Positions 28,686 through 37,863 of a DNA stretch of 64,000 bases are shown here, in pieces (position 1 is the first letter of the stretch; the number at the start of each line of letters is the position of its first letter). Source of the DNA: an uncultured Thermoplasmata archaeon (lineage in GTDB: Archaea; Thermoplasmatota; Thermoplasmata; RBG-16-68-12); NCBI GenBank assembly GCA_963768855.1, contig CAVYJM010000010.1:145691-209690 (forward strand). The letters are read 5' to 3'. The position numbers were made by a program, and so were the translations under genes. The notes beneath the pieces are model-generated. The model was not told the DNA's origin, searched no databases, and saw only the letters and a list, made by a program, of their open reading frames with translations.

Positions 28686-28716
28686 TGTCCGACAATACAA
28701 CATATCCATTTAAGTA
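28686..28716 (+). promoter_or_regulatory. glnA promoter: TGTCCGACA palindrome followed by TATA box TTTAAGTA
   Basis: Palindrome at 28686-28694; TATA at 28709-28716; start codon at 28801. Confidence 0.55.
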
Positions 28717-28800
28717 TGTATCACTTGCTTCGATGGGACCGGCAGGACGGAGCTTTTCGCCCGGCCTAAACCCCTCACGGGGTTCCGAGGGAGGAAGCGG

Positions 28801-30255
28801 ATGGCGGCCAAGAGAACGACCAGCGTAGAGACCGTGCTGAAACGGATGCAGGCGGAGAAAATCCGGTGGGTCGATTTGCAGTTCGTGGACGTGCTCGGCG
28901 GGCTCCAGCATATCACGATCCCGTCCACGTCGATCGGAGCGGACGACTTCAAGCGGGGCATCGGGAAGCTCGATGGCTCCTCGATCAAGGGATTCAAGGA
29001 GATTCACGAGTCGGACATGGTCATGAAACCCGACCCGGCGACCTTCGCGATCCTTCCCTGGTACCAGGGCGAGCACCGCACCGCGCGGATGATCGTCGAC
29101 GTCTACGAGGGCGGCACGTACGAGCGCTTCACCCGGGACTCGCGCTACATCGCGCAGAAGGCCGTCCAGTTCGCCAAGGACTCCGGGTACGACACGACGT
29201 ACTGGGGCCCCGAGATCGAGTTCTTCGTCTTCGACGGGATCCGACTCACGCCGACCCCGGACCATGCGCGGAACCCCTGGTCCGGCGCGGGCTACGAGAT
29301 CCTGAGCCGCGAGGCGCCCTGGCACGAGAACGGTGGGAAGGACTTCCCGATCCGCTTCAAGGAGGGCTACTACCCCGCCCCGCCCCTCGACAGCCTCGTC
29401 GACTTCCGGAACGAGGCCTGCCGTGTCCTGATCGACGACTTCGGCATGACGCTGGACGCCCACCACCACGAGGTGGCCACCGCCGGCCAGTGCGAGATCG
29501 ACATGCGCTACACAGAGCTGGTCCCGCAGGCGGACAACTGCGTGACGTACCGGTACGTCATGAAGATGGTCGCCCACCAGATGGGGATGCTGGCCACCTT
29601 CATGCCCAAGCCCATCTTCGGCGACAATGCGAGCGGGATGCACGTGCACCAGAGCGTCTGGACAAAGGGCAAGAACATGATGTACGACCCGGACGACGAG
29701 TACGCGGAGATTAGCCAGACCTGCCGCTACTACATCGGCGGCCTCATGGATCACGCGTCCTCGCTCTGTGCCTTCACGAACCCCACGACGAACTCCTACC
29801 GCCGGCTCGTGCCGGGTTACGAGGCCCCCGTGTTCATCGCGTGGTCCAAACGGAACCGCAGCGCGAACATCCGCATCCCGATGTACTATAGCGGGATCGA
29901 GGCGGCGAAGCGCCTGGAGTACCGCACCCCGGACTCGTCGTGCAACCCCTATCTCGCATTCGCGGCCTGTCTCAGCGCCGGCCTCGATGGCATCAAGCGG
30001 AAGCTGGATCCAGGCAACCCGGTCGATGAGGACCTGTACCACCTGACCTCGTCCAAGCGCAAGGCCCTCGGCGTCCGCGAGCTCCCCGGATCACTCAAGG
30101 AGTCCGTGGAACACCTCCAGACGGACTACACGTTCCTCAAGACGGTGTTCACGCAGGACTTCCTCGAGAAGTACGAGGACCTCAAGCTCGACGAACACCT
30201 GCAGACGTCGCTTCGGCCGTCGCCGTACGAGTTCTACCGGTACATGGACGCCTGA
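28801..30255 (+). CDS. glnA: Type I glutamine synthetase carrying the GSI-beta-type insertion
   Basis: DGSSIKGF..ESDM, GPEIEFF, HHEVATAGQCEI, PKPIFGDNASGMHVHQS, LVPGYEAP, NRSANIRIP; long insert after the EFF motif. Confidence 0.93.
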   Translation: MAAKRTTSVETVLKRMQAEKIRWVDLQFVDVLGGLQHITIPSTSIGADDFKRGIGKLDGSSIKGFKEIHESDMVMKPDPATFAILPWYQGEHRTARMIVDVYEGGTYERFTRDSRYIAQKAVQFAKDSGYDTTYWGPEIEFFVFDGIRLTPTPDHARNPWSGAGYEILSREAPWHENGGKDFPIRFKEGYYPAPPLDSLVDFRNEACRVLIDDFGMTLDAHHHEVATAGQCEIDMRYTELVPQADNCVTYRYVMKMVAHQMGMLATFMPKPIFGDNASGMHVHQSVWTKGKNMMYDPDDEYAEISQTCRYYIGGLMDHASSLCAFTNPTTNSYRRLVPGYEAPVFIAWSKRNRSANIRIPMYYSGIEAAKRLEYRTPDSSCNPYLAFAACLSAGLDGIKRKLDPGNPVDEDLYHLTSSKRKALGVRELPGSLKESVEHLQTDYTFLKTVFTQDFLEKYEDLKLDEHLQTSLRPSPYEFYRYMDA

Positions 30256-30349
30256 GTGCTCGTCCCGAACCCATCCCGGGGACGCATCCCCGGGCCCCTC
30301 CCCCGTTGGAAGATCGATGCGGGCCCAGGCTTGAACGCGCGAAAGGGGC

Positions 30350-31636
30350 TTGAGGATCCTTCGCGATGGTCCAACCACGCGCTACCCCTCCATCCGCCTC
30401 GCCATCGTGGCCAGCGTGGCCTACCTCGCTCTCTGGATCCTCTCCTCTCTCGTGCGGACCCTCGCCGACATCTCCGGTGCCGGGGGGTGGGTGGCCGCCC
30501 TGTCGACGACTGGCTGGACCTTGTACCTGCCTGCCCTGGGCTTCATCGGACTCATGGTCATGGGGATGGCCCAGCAGTTCATCCCTCTCTACTCCGGGCG
30601 GGAGCTCTGGAGCGGTCGCGGGGCGTTGCTGCAAATCTCCGTGGCCGTCGCCGGCGTCGCCCTCCTCCTGATCAATCCGATCCTGGAGCCGGTGGGCCTC
30701 GCCCTGTGGTTGCTCGGCACGCTCCTGTTCCTCCTGTGGATCGTCATGACCCTTCGCTCGCCGAAGCTACCCGTGCGGCCGCAGGGGAAGCACCCCGAGT
30801 TCCACCGCATGGACGTTCTCGGCATCCCGATGACGAGCGCGGCGGTGCTCTACCTAATCGTCGCATCGGTGGGTTTCCTCTTGGCCTCACCGTCGGAAGC
30901 GCCCCTCGTCCCTTTCGTCGCCGAGCACTGGTTCTCGTTCTTCCACCTGTACACGCTCGGCTTCATCGTCCTCATGGTCTTCGGCGTGGGCTTCCATCTC
31001 TTCCCGCGGTTCACGGACACCGTTCCGGACCTGCGATTGGCGAAAGTCATCACCGTCATGGCGGTGCTCGGACCCGCGATGGTCGCCCTGACGATGCCCT
31101 TCTTGGACACGCCCTCCGTCGAGTTCGTCTTCGCCATCTTCGCGGTCTTCGAGGCGGTGGCCGCGTTCCTGTTTGCGCTGCTCGTCCTCGGCCTCTGGAG
31201 CCGCAGCGCCCATCGACGGCCCGCGTCGGCGTTCAACGCCGCGGCGGGCCTGTGGCTGATCCTCGGGGTCACGTTCGCGAGTCTGTTCGGCATCGCCCCG
31301 GATTCGACGCTGCAGTGGGTGCCCGCCCACGGGTGGATCAACCTCCTCGGGTTCGCGGGGTTCGAGATCTTCGGCGTGACCCACGAGGTCCTGCCGCCCT
31401 TCACCTCGATGGGCCTCAAGGTCTCCCATCGCGTGACCCGCACGGACTTCGCGCTCGCGAACCTTGGCCTGGCGGGCGTCGTGCTCTCCGTGGCCGCGGA
31501 CGTGTTCGGGTTCCCCGTGGCAGGCGATCTCCTGGCCGTCGCGGGTTTCTCGATCCTGCTCGCGATGGTCGCGCTGTACGGGTGGGGCACGTTCTACGCC
31601 TTGTTCGCCATCGTGCATCCCCGCGCGGCGAAGTAA
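30350..31636 (+). CDS. ~12-TM membrane protein with three pseudo-repeats (NnrS/heme-copper oxidase subunit I-like architecture)
   Basis: Repeats LGFIGLMVMGMAQQFIP, HLYTLGFIVLMVFGVGFHLFPRF and HGWINLLGFAGFEIFGVTHEVLPPF; TTG start uncertain. Confidence 0.6.
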   Translation: MRILRDGPTTRYPSIRLAIVASVAYLALWILSSLVRTLADISGAGGWVAALSTTGWTLYLPALGFIGLMVMGMAQQFIPLYSGRELWSGRGALLQISVAVAGVALLLINPILEPVGLALWLLGTLLFLLWIVMTLRSPKLPVRPQGKHPEFHRMDVLGIPMTSAAVLYLIVASVGFLLASPSEAPLVPFVAEHWFSFFHLYTLGFIVLMVFGVGFHLFPRFTDTVPDLRLAKVITVMAVLGPAMVALTMPFLDTPSVEFVFAIFAVFEAVAAFLFALLVLGLWSRSAHRRPASAFNAAAGLWLILGVTFASLFGIAPDSTLQWVPAHGWINLLGFAGFEIFGVTHEVLPPFTSMGLKVSHRVTRTDFALANLGLAGVVLSVAADVFGFPVAGDLLAVAGFSILLAMVALYGWGTFYALFAIVHPRAAK

Positions 31637-31701
31637 AGGCAGCTCGGGCAGAACCTTTATGGACTCGCCCCCCATCGTGCGCCCGTTCGGGGTGGGCGTT
31701 C

Positions 31702-33039
31702 GTGGCCGACGACGATCCGAAGACAGCGGTCCTGGAGACGGCGAAGCGGGAGAAAGTCCAGTTCATCCAGATTATGTTCATGGACCTCGTCGGCTTCGTG
31801 AAGACGGTCACGATCCCCGTCTCGAAGCTCGAACGCTCGTTCGACGAGGGCGTCGTCTTCGACGGCTCCTCGGTCGTGGGCTACGCGACGATCGAGGAGA
31901 GCGACATGCGGGCCCATCCGGTCGCCGAGACGTTCCACGTGTTCCCGTGGACGAACGGGGATCTCAAGTCCGCGGGCATCGTGTGCAACATCTACGACTC
32001 GAAGGGGAACCGGTTCGCGGGCGACCCGCGGTACGTCCTCGAGCGGATCATCAAGCGCGCGCGGGAGCTCGGCTACGTACCCCACACGGGGCCCGAGTAC
32101 GAGTTCTTCCTGTTCAAGCTCGGTGCGGACGGCCGGCCGACGAACGTGCCGAGCGACAACGGCCGCTACTTCGAGCACCTGCCCGTCGACGCGGGGGAGC
32201 GGGTCCGGAAGCAGTCCGCGTTCTACGGGAACGCGATGGGCTTCGACGTCGAGGCGACCCACCATGAGGTCGCGCCGGGCCAGCACGAGCTCGACCTCCG
32301 CTATGCGGACGCGATGGCGTCCGCCGACCGGGTGCTGTTCCTCAAGCACCTGATCCGGACCGTGGCGATGGAGAACGGCCTCCATGCGACGTTCATGCCC
32401 AAGCCCATCTTCGGCGTGAACGGCACAGGGATGCACGTCCACCAGAGCCTGATCACCCCGGGCGGCGAGAACGCCTTCTTCGACCCCACCGCCAAGTGGG
32501 AGATGTCGGACCTCATGCTGCACTACCTCGCGGGGATCCTGGCCCACGCGCGCGAGAACTGCGCCGTCCTCGCGTCCTGGGTGAACAGCTACAAGCGGCT
32601 CGTCCCCGGCTACGAGGCGCCCGTCTACATCTCCTGGGCGAACAAGAACCGCTCCGCGATGGTGCGGATCCCCCAGGGCCGCGGCATGCGGACGCGGATG
32701 GAGGTTCGGAATCCCGATTGCGCGGGGAACCCATACCTCCAGTACTCGGTCATGATCGCCGCGGGCCTCGCCGGCATTGCGAAGAAGCTCGACCCGCCGG
32801 AGCCCGTCGAGACGGACATCTACGCGCTCACGGCGGCGGAGCGGCGGAAGATCGGGATCGGCTCCCTGCCCGGCAGCCTGGAGGAGGCGCTCGACGAGTT
32901 CGAGAAGTCGGAGCTGATGCGGGAGACCCTCGGCTCCCACGTCTTCCCCCACTGGCTGTACATCAAGCGGAAGGAATGGGACGACTACCGCGTCCACGTG
33001 ACGGACTACGAGCTCGAGAAGTACCTGCCCATCCTCTGA
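31702..33039 (+). CDS. glnA: Second type I glutamine synthetase (GSI-alpha type, 445 aa)
   Basis: FDGSSVVGYATIEESDM, GPEYEFFL, HHEVAPGQHEL, PKPIFGVNGTGMHVHQS, YKRLVPGYEAP; own TATA-like CCTTTATG near 31655; GTG after GGGGTGG. Confidence 0.9.
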   Translation: MADDDPKTAVLETAKREKVQFIQIMFMDLVGFVKTVTIPVSKLERSFDEGVVFDGSSVVGYATIEESDMRAHPVAETFHVFPWTNGDLKSAGIVCNIYDSKGNRFAGDPRYVLERIIKRARELGYVPHTGPEYEFFLFKLGADGRPTNVPSDNGRYFEHLPVDAGERVRKQSAFYGNAMGFDVEATHHEVAPGQHELDLRYADAMASADRVLFLKHLIRTVAMENGLHATFMPKPIFGVNGTGMHVHQSLITPGGENAFFDPTAKWEMSDLMLHYLAGILAHARENCAVLASWVNSYKRLVPGYEAPVYISWANKNRSAMVRIPQGRGMRTRMEVRNPDCAGNPYLQYSVMIAAGLAGIAKKLDPPEPVETDIYALTAAERRKIGIGSLPGSLEEALDEFEKSELMRETLGSHVFPHWLYIKRKEWDDYRVHVTDYELEKYLPIL

Positions 33040-33088
33040 CCCGCCATCGGGTTTAAGTGAGAGGGCCGCTGTGGCCTCCGCGAGCACC

Positions 33089-33466
33089 ATGGCGGAACCC
33101 CGCGACGACGTCAGCGAGGAGCGACAAATCCTGAAGGAAGCGAAGGTCCTCGACGACAAGCTCGTCGACCAGATGGACCTGTACCCCGGGGACCGCGTGC
33201 GCTTCCGGTTCTACCATCCCCAGGAAGGCTTCGAGGAGATTGTCGGGCATTTCCTTGGCTTCTACACGCTCTACGAGGGCCCGGAGGGCGGCGGGGACCT
33301 GAACCTGCAGATTCGAACCGTGAAGAACGGTCGTGCCACGGTCGTCTGCAAGGACCGCAACTACCTGGAGGAGTGGGAGATCCTCGAGCCGAACCTCGAG
33401 GTCCGCGAGCGGATCCGCGATCTCGACTCTCGCGCCGGACGTCACATCGGGCACGAGTTCGGGTGA
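33089..33466 (+). CDS. Hypothetical protein (predicted small beta-rich fold)
   Basis: High-GC3 ORF; TATA TTTAAG at about 33053 fits a leaderless start. Confidence 0.65.
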   Translation: MAEPRDDVSEERQILKEAKVLDDKLVDQMDLYPGDRVRFRFYHPQEGFEEIVGHFLGFYTLYEGPEGGGDLNLQIRTVKNGRATVVCKDRNYLEEWEILEPNLEVRERIRDLDSRAGRHIGHEFG

Positions 33467-33473
33467 GCCGCGC

Positions 33474-34355
33474 TCAGTAGGTGTCGACCCCGCGGGCGAG
33501 GTCCTGCAGGCGCCGGATGCGCTCCTCGATGGGCGGGTGCGTCCGGAAGATCCGTGTCAGGGTCGTCGCGCTGAACGGGTTCACGATGAAGAGGCCCTGG
33601 GACGCCGGGCTGCCGAACAGGAGCGGGCGCCGCTTGTTCGCGGCCTCGAGCTTCTGGAGCGCCGAGGCGAGGGCCAGGGGCTGTCCGATCGTCTTCGCGC
33701 CGGAGTAGTCCGCCTTCGTCTCCCGGCTGCGCGAGATGGCGAGCTGGACAAGGAGCGCCGCGATGGGAGCGAGGATCATCCCGAGGACCGCGATGATCAT
33801 CGTGCCCTCCGAGGAGTTCCGGTTGCGGCCCCCGCCGAGCATCGTGTTCCACATGGCCATCTGGGCCAGGTAGGAGATCGCACCCGCGATCGTGGCGGCG
33901 ACCGCCATGACGAGGATGTCGCGGTTCTTCACGTGCGAGATCTCGTGGGCAATCACGCCGCGCAGTTCATCCTCGGTCAGGATTCCCAGGATTCCCTGGG
34001 TCACGGCGACCACGGAGTGGTTCGGGTTTCGGCCCGTGGCGAACGCGTTCGGCGTCTGGGACGGGACGACGGCCACCCTGGGCATCGGGAGGCTGGCCTT
34101 CTGCGAGACCTCCCGCACGATACGGAAGAGGTCGGGTGCCTGTTCCTCCGTGATCATCTTGGCCCGGTAGGACCACAGGACCATCCGGTCCGAGAGGAAG
34201 TAGCTGACGATGTTGATGCCTGCCGCCATGATCAGGAACAGGATCACGCTCGTGACCGGGTCGCCGAAGAAGACGGAGCCGATGGCCCAGCCGAACAGGA
34301 CGAAGACCCCGGTCAGGGTCGCGAAGAGGACGAAGAGGCGGATGCGTGCTCCCAT
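33474..34355 (-). CDS. htpX: M48 zinc metalloprotease HtpX
   Basis: Two N-terminal TMs, PNAFATGRNP, HEISH zinc motif, SRSRETKAD, HPPIEERI. Confidence 0.93.
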   Translation of the reverse strand: MGARIRLFVLFATLTGVFVLFGWAIGSVFFGDPVTSVILFLIMAAGINIVSYFLSDRMVLWSYRAKMITEEQAPDLFRIVREVSQKASLPMPRVAVVPSQTPNAFATGRNPNHSVVAVTQGILGILTEDELRGVIAHEISHVKNRDILVMAVAATIAGAISYLAQMAMWNTMLGGGRNRNSSEGTMIIAVLGMILAPIAALLVQLAISRSRETKADYSGAKTIGQPLALASALQKLEAANKRRPLLFGSPASQGLFIVNPFSATTLTRIFRTHPPIEERIRRLQDLARGVDTY

Positions 34356-34475
34356 GGATTCCACACCCCACAAGCGTTGGGAGCGTTTTCACGCATACGT
34401 CCCTTATCAACTTAGCGTAACGGCCTCGGGTACGCCCCCACAAACGTCATATCCTGCTTCCCGGGGACGGCGGGC

Positions 34476-35771
34476 TCACAGGTGGAGGACGTCCGAATAA
34501 CCCTCCATGTCCATGAATCCATGGCCGCTGATGTTGAACGCGATGACCTTGGCCTCGCCGGTCTCCTTGCACTTCACCGCCTCGTCCATCGCGCAGGCGA
34601 TGCTGTAGGCGCTCTCCGGCGCGGGGAGGAATCCTTCCGTCTGGACGAACGTGCGGGCGCGCTCGAAGACATGCTTCTCGTCCGCGGGATACGCGACCGT
34701 GTCCAGGTAGCCGAGGTGGCGGAGCAACGAGAGGATCGGCGCGGCGCCGTGGTACCGCAGCCCGTCGCCGCGGATCGGATGCATCTCCGCGTGGTGGCCG
34801 AGCGTGTACATCTTCAGGAGCGGCGTGATTTCCGCGTGATCGGCGAAGTCGTACCGGTACTCGCCCTGGAGGTTCGGGGCGGCCTCGCTCTGCGCGGCGA
34901 TGAACTTGATTTGCCTGCCGTGGATCGCGTCCGCGAAGAAGGGCAGGGTGAAGCCGCCGAAGTTCGAGCCGCCGCCCAGGCAGGAGACCATGACGTCCGG
35001 GTACTCCCCGAACCGCTCGAACTGCCGCTTCGTCTCGAGCCCGATGACGGTCTGATGGAGCAACACGTGGTTCAGGACGGAGCCGAGGCAGTAGATCGCC
35101 TTGTCGTCGCCACGCGCGTCCTCGAGTCCTTCGGAAACGGCAATGCCGAGCGAGCCTGGGTGATTCGGATTCTTCTTGAGGAGCTCACGGCCCGTCTCCG
35201 TGTGATTGCTCGGGGATGCGTAGACCTCCGCGCCGTAGAGTTTCATGAAGGCCCGCCGCTGGGACTTCCAGTCGTGGACCGCGCGGACCCAGTAGATCGT
35301 CGTCTTGAGCCCCGCGAGGCTCGCGGCGTACGCGAGGGCGGTCCCCCACTGGCCCGCCCCCGTTTCGGTCGTTAGCCGCTCGTACCCCTCCTTCTTCGCG
35401 TAGAAGGCCTGGGCGAGGGCCGTGTTCACCTTGTGGCTTCCCGTCGGGCTGTAGAACTCCGCCTTGTAGTACAGGTGCGCGGGCGTCCCGAGTTTCTGTT
35501 CGAGGCGGAGGGCCCGGAACAGCGGGCGCGGCCGGCCCGCTTGTGCGTATAGGTCCTGGATCTCCTGTGGGATGTCGATCCAGCGCTCCGTCGAGCTCTC
35601 CTGGCGCAGGCACTCGCCGAGGAGCAGCTCCGGGAGCATCTTCACCCGGGACGGGCCTTCCTCGGGATCCTTCGGCGGGGGCAGCGGCTCAGGCAGATCG
35701 GCTTGGATGTTGTACCATTTCGTGGGACGGTCATCGTCAGGAAGAGTCACGACCAAAGAATCCGAATGCAC
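34476..35771 (-). CDS. trpB2: TrpB2 (tryptophan synthase beta type 2), stand-alone
   Basis: KWYNIQADLP, SPTGSHKVNTA (PLP lysine), TETGAGQWG, CLGSVLNHV, GGGSNFGG, GGLRYHG-like GDGLRYHG. Confidence 0.9.
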   Translation of the reverse strand: MHSDSLVVTLPDDDRPTKWYNIQADLPEPLPPPKDPEEGPSRVKMLPELLLGECLRQESSTERWIDIPQEIQDLYAQAGRPRPLFRALRLEQKLGTPAHLYYKAEFYSPTGSHKVNTALAQAFYAKKEGYERLTTETGAGQWGTALAYAASLAGLKTTIYWVRAVHDWKSQRRAFMKLYGAEVYASPSNHTETGRELLKKNPNHPGSLGIAVSEGLEDARGDDKAIYCLGSVLNHVLLHQTVIGLETKRQFERFGEYPDVMVSCLGGGSNFGGFTLPFFADAIHGRQIKFIAAQSEAAPNLQGEYRYDFADHAEITPLLKMYTLGHHAEMHPIRGDGLRYHGAAPILSLLRHLGYLDTVAYPADEKHVFERARTFVQTEGFLPAPESAYSIACAMDEAVKCKETGEAKVIAFNISGHGFMDMEGYSDVLHL

Positions 35772-35877
35772 CCTCACACCCCGCAGAAGCCCTCTCGGAG
35801 GGTATGTCCGAAAAGCGGCATTAGCGTTTCCCCGCCTCCCGATGCAGAAGTGTGGCACGGGGCCCAACAACGGGCCC

Positions 35878-37758
35878 TCAGGGCGTGAGGCCGACGGCCT
35901 CGATGATCTCGACGCTTCCTGGCGGGAGGACGCGGACGATCTCTTCAATCGGGACCTCGAAGGCCGCCGCAAGGCGCTTCGCGACGCGCTCGCGGTCCTC
36001 CTTCCCGGGTGTGAGCACGACGTACCTCGCAGACCGCGGCGTCACGGCGGAGACGGGGCCGCCCATGATCTTCCGGTGGCCCTCGATCTCGACCTCCCCG
36101 ACGGCCATGCGCACCGCGAGGTCGTGGAGGTAGTTGCGTTTCCCGCGGATGACGAACGCCCCGCGCGGCAGGAACTCCCCGGACTCGGCCTGCTTTGAGA
36201 CCTGCTCAGGCAGGACCCAGTATGCGCTGCCGCTCGCGATCCCCGCGGACCACGCCTTGCTGTACACGAGCGCGAACTCGCAGGCTTCCCGCAGCGTGGC
36301 CTCGCCCGCTTTCGACCCCTCCTTGACCACGGTCGAGGGCGCCCCGTGGAGGTCCGCGTGGGCGTACCGGTCTCCGTCCTTGAGGTGCTTCTTCACGAGC
36401 TGGTCGTTCGTCCGCGCGTCCCGGCCGCCCAGGATGAGGAAGTTCTCCGAGGACATCGTCCAGCGGTAGGCGTCGAACCACATCGCCCTCGTTCCCTTGA
36501 GTCGGGGCTTCTTCGCGACCTTCACGGCCTTCTTGCGCGCGGTCTCCAGTTCCTTCCGCGTCGCCTCGATGGCCTCCTCCACGCGTTGCGCCTTGAGTTG
36601 CGCCTCCCGCCTCCGGTCGTAGAGGGCCTGCGCGTTCGCGGTCACGTCCTTGTCGTAGTTCAGCTCGAGGGCGTCGAAGTCCCCGATTGCCACGGTCACC
36701 GTGTGCGCCTTGCGGTCCACCGCCTTGATTTGGCCCTCGCCGGGCGGCTCCTTCCCCTCGCGGGCCGCCTTCAGGAGTTCGTCGAACTCGGCGTAGTGGC
36801 CGTAGAGGAAGAGCGCCTGCGCTTCGTGGCGGACGATCTCGTCGCGGAGGGCTTTCAGCGTCTCTTCCTGCTGCGCGATCCGTCGCTCGAACTTCGCGGC
36901 GACCTCGTCTGGTGCAGCGGCCTCGGGCTCCGCGACGCTCAGGTAGCGGGAGAGGGCGGCGTTGAAGGTCGGGAACTCCTCCCGGTCCGCCTGCGCGTAT
37001 TGAAGGAGTTCGATCGGGGTCGCGTCGACCGCCTTGCCTTCCCTGGAGATGAGGGCCGGTCGCCGCTCCTGCTCGATCGCGACGACGACGTTGTTGAGGG
37101 CGGTGTAGAGCGCGTCGATCTGGGCTTCGGCAAGGTCGCGGACCTTCGCGTCCTTGTCCAGGCCCGCGCGGAGGCACAGCTCCTCCGCATACTGACCGCC
37201 GAGGTTCAGGATGCTCGCGAGGACACGCACGATTTGTCCCTTCGCCCCACGGATCGCAGCCCCGAACGCCTCCCGGTCCACTTCGAGCGGATCGATGCCG
37301 CCGGAAGGGAAGGCGTACGGCTCGCCCACGCGGACCGCCCGGTCCTTGTAGTTCTGCGAGGTCAGGCACGCCACGGTCACGTCGCCGCGCACGATAATCA
37401 GGTTGCCCTTCCCGAAGAGCTCGAAGATGACGCGGAGCGTCTCCCCGCCGCGGTCCACCGTGATGATCGCGATGCGGTCGAACCCCCGTTGCTCCACCGC
37501 GGTGACCCGCGCATTGTCAAGGAGCCGGCGGAGCGTCTGCGCGAAGGCCGGCGGGGTCTCGGGCTTGTCCTCGACCTCGTGCACGCAGAGCCACTGCCCC
37601 GACTTGGAGTAGAGTTCGACCCGCTCCCGCCCGGGGACGTTGATCCGGAAGATGATCTCGTCCTGCCTCTGGTAGGCCTTGTCGACGTACCCGCCGACGA
37701 GGTCCTGCCACTCCGCCACGAGGGCCTTGAGATCGAACGAGGAGAGGGCGGTCTTCAT
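35878..37758 (-). CDS. rqcH: Ribosome quality-control protein Rqc2/RqcH (NFACT family)
   Basis: NFACT-N with FDRI and ELFGKGN, coiled coil, and NFACT-R WFDAYRW...GGRDARTND...HADLHGAP. Confidence 0.92.
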   Translation of the reverse strand: MKTALSSFDLKALVAEWQDLVGGYVDKAYQRQDEIIFRINVPGRERVELYSKSGQWLCVHEVEDKPETPPAFAQTLRRLLDNARVTAVEQRGFDRIAIITVDRGGETLRVIFELFGKGNLIIVRGDVTVACLTSQNYKDRAVRVGEPYAFPSGGIDPLEVDREAFGAAIRGAKGQIVRVLASILNLGGQYAEELCLRAGLDKDAKVRDLAEAQIDALYTALNNVVVAIEQERRPALISREGKAVDATPIELLQYAQADREEFPTFNAALSRYLSVAEPEAAAPDEVAAKFERRIAQQEETLKALRDEIVRHEAQALFLYGHYAEFDELLKAAREGKEPPGEGQIKAVDRKAHTVTVAIGDFDALELNYDKDVTANAQALYDRRREAQLKAQRVEEAIEATRKELETARKKAVKVAKKPRLKGTRAMWFDAYRWTMSSENFLILGGRDARTNDQLVKKHLKDGDRYAHADLHGAPSTVVKEGSKAGEATLREACEFALVYSKAWSAGIASGSAYWVLPEQVSKQAESGEFLPRGAFVIRGKRNYLHDLAVRMAVGEVEIEGHRKIMGGPVSAVTPRSARYVVLTPGKEDRERVAKRLAAAFEVPIEEIVRVLPPGSVEIIEAVGLTP

Positions 37759-37863
37759 CCGGAGCCACCGAAGGAGGCGGCATTACTTGACCATTCCTCC
37801 CGCTACATGGCATTTATACGCGGGAGGGGTTCTCCGCTCCGGGTCCAGGACCGGTGAAAGACG

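Noticed and set aside
28741-28790. Resemblance of the glnA leader (CCGGCCTAAACC...GGGGTT.CCGA) to the c-di-GMP-I riboswitch P2
   Set aside because: It lacks the P1 GAAA tetraloop arm and the 3' half of the receptor; the similarity is superficial.
30256-33039. 927-aa ORF suggesting a large N-terminal fusion to glutamine synthetase
   Set aside because: The N-terminal 480 aa overlap the membrane-protein gene in another frame and look like non-coding translation. GlnA2 has its own TATA, SD and GTG at 31702.
34476-35771. Stand-alone trpB without trpA
   Set aside because: Solitary TrpB2 is well known in archaea; not novel.
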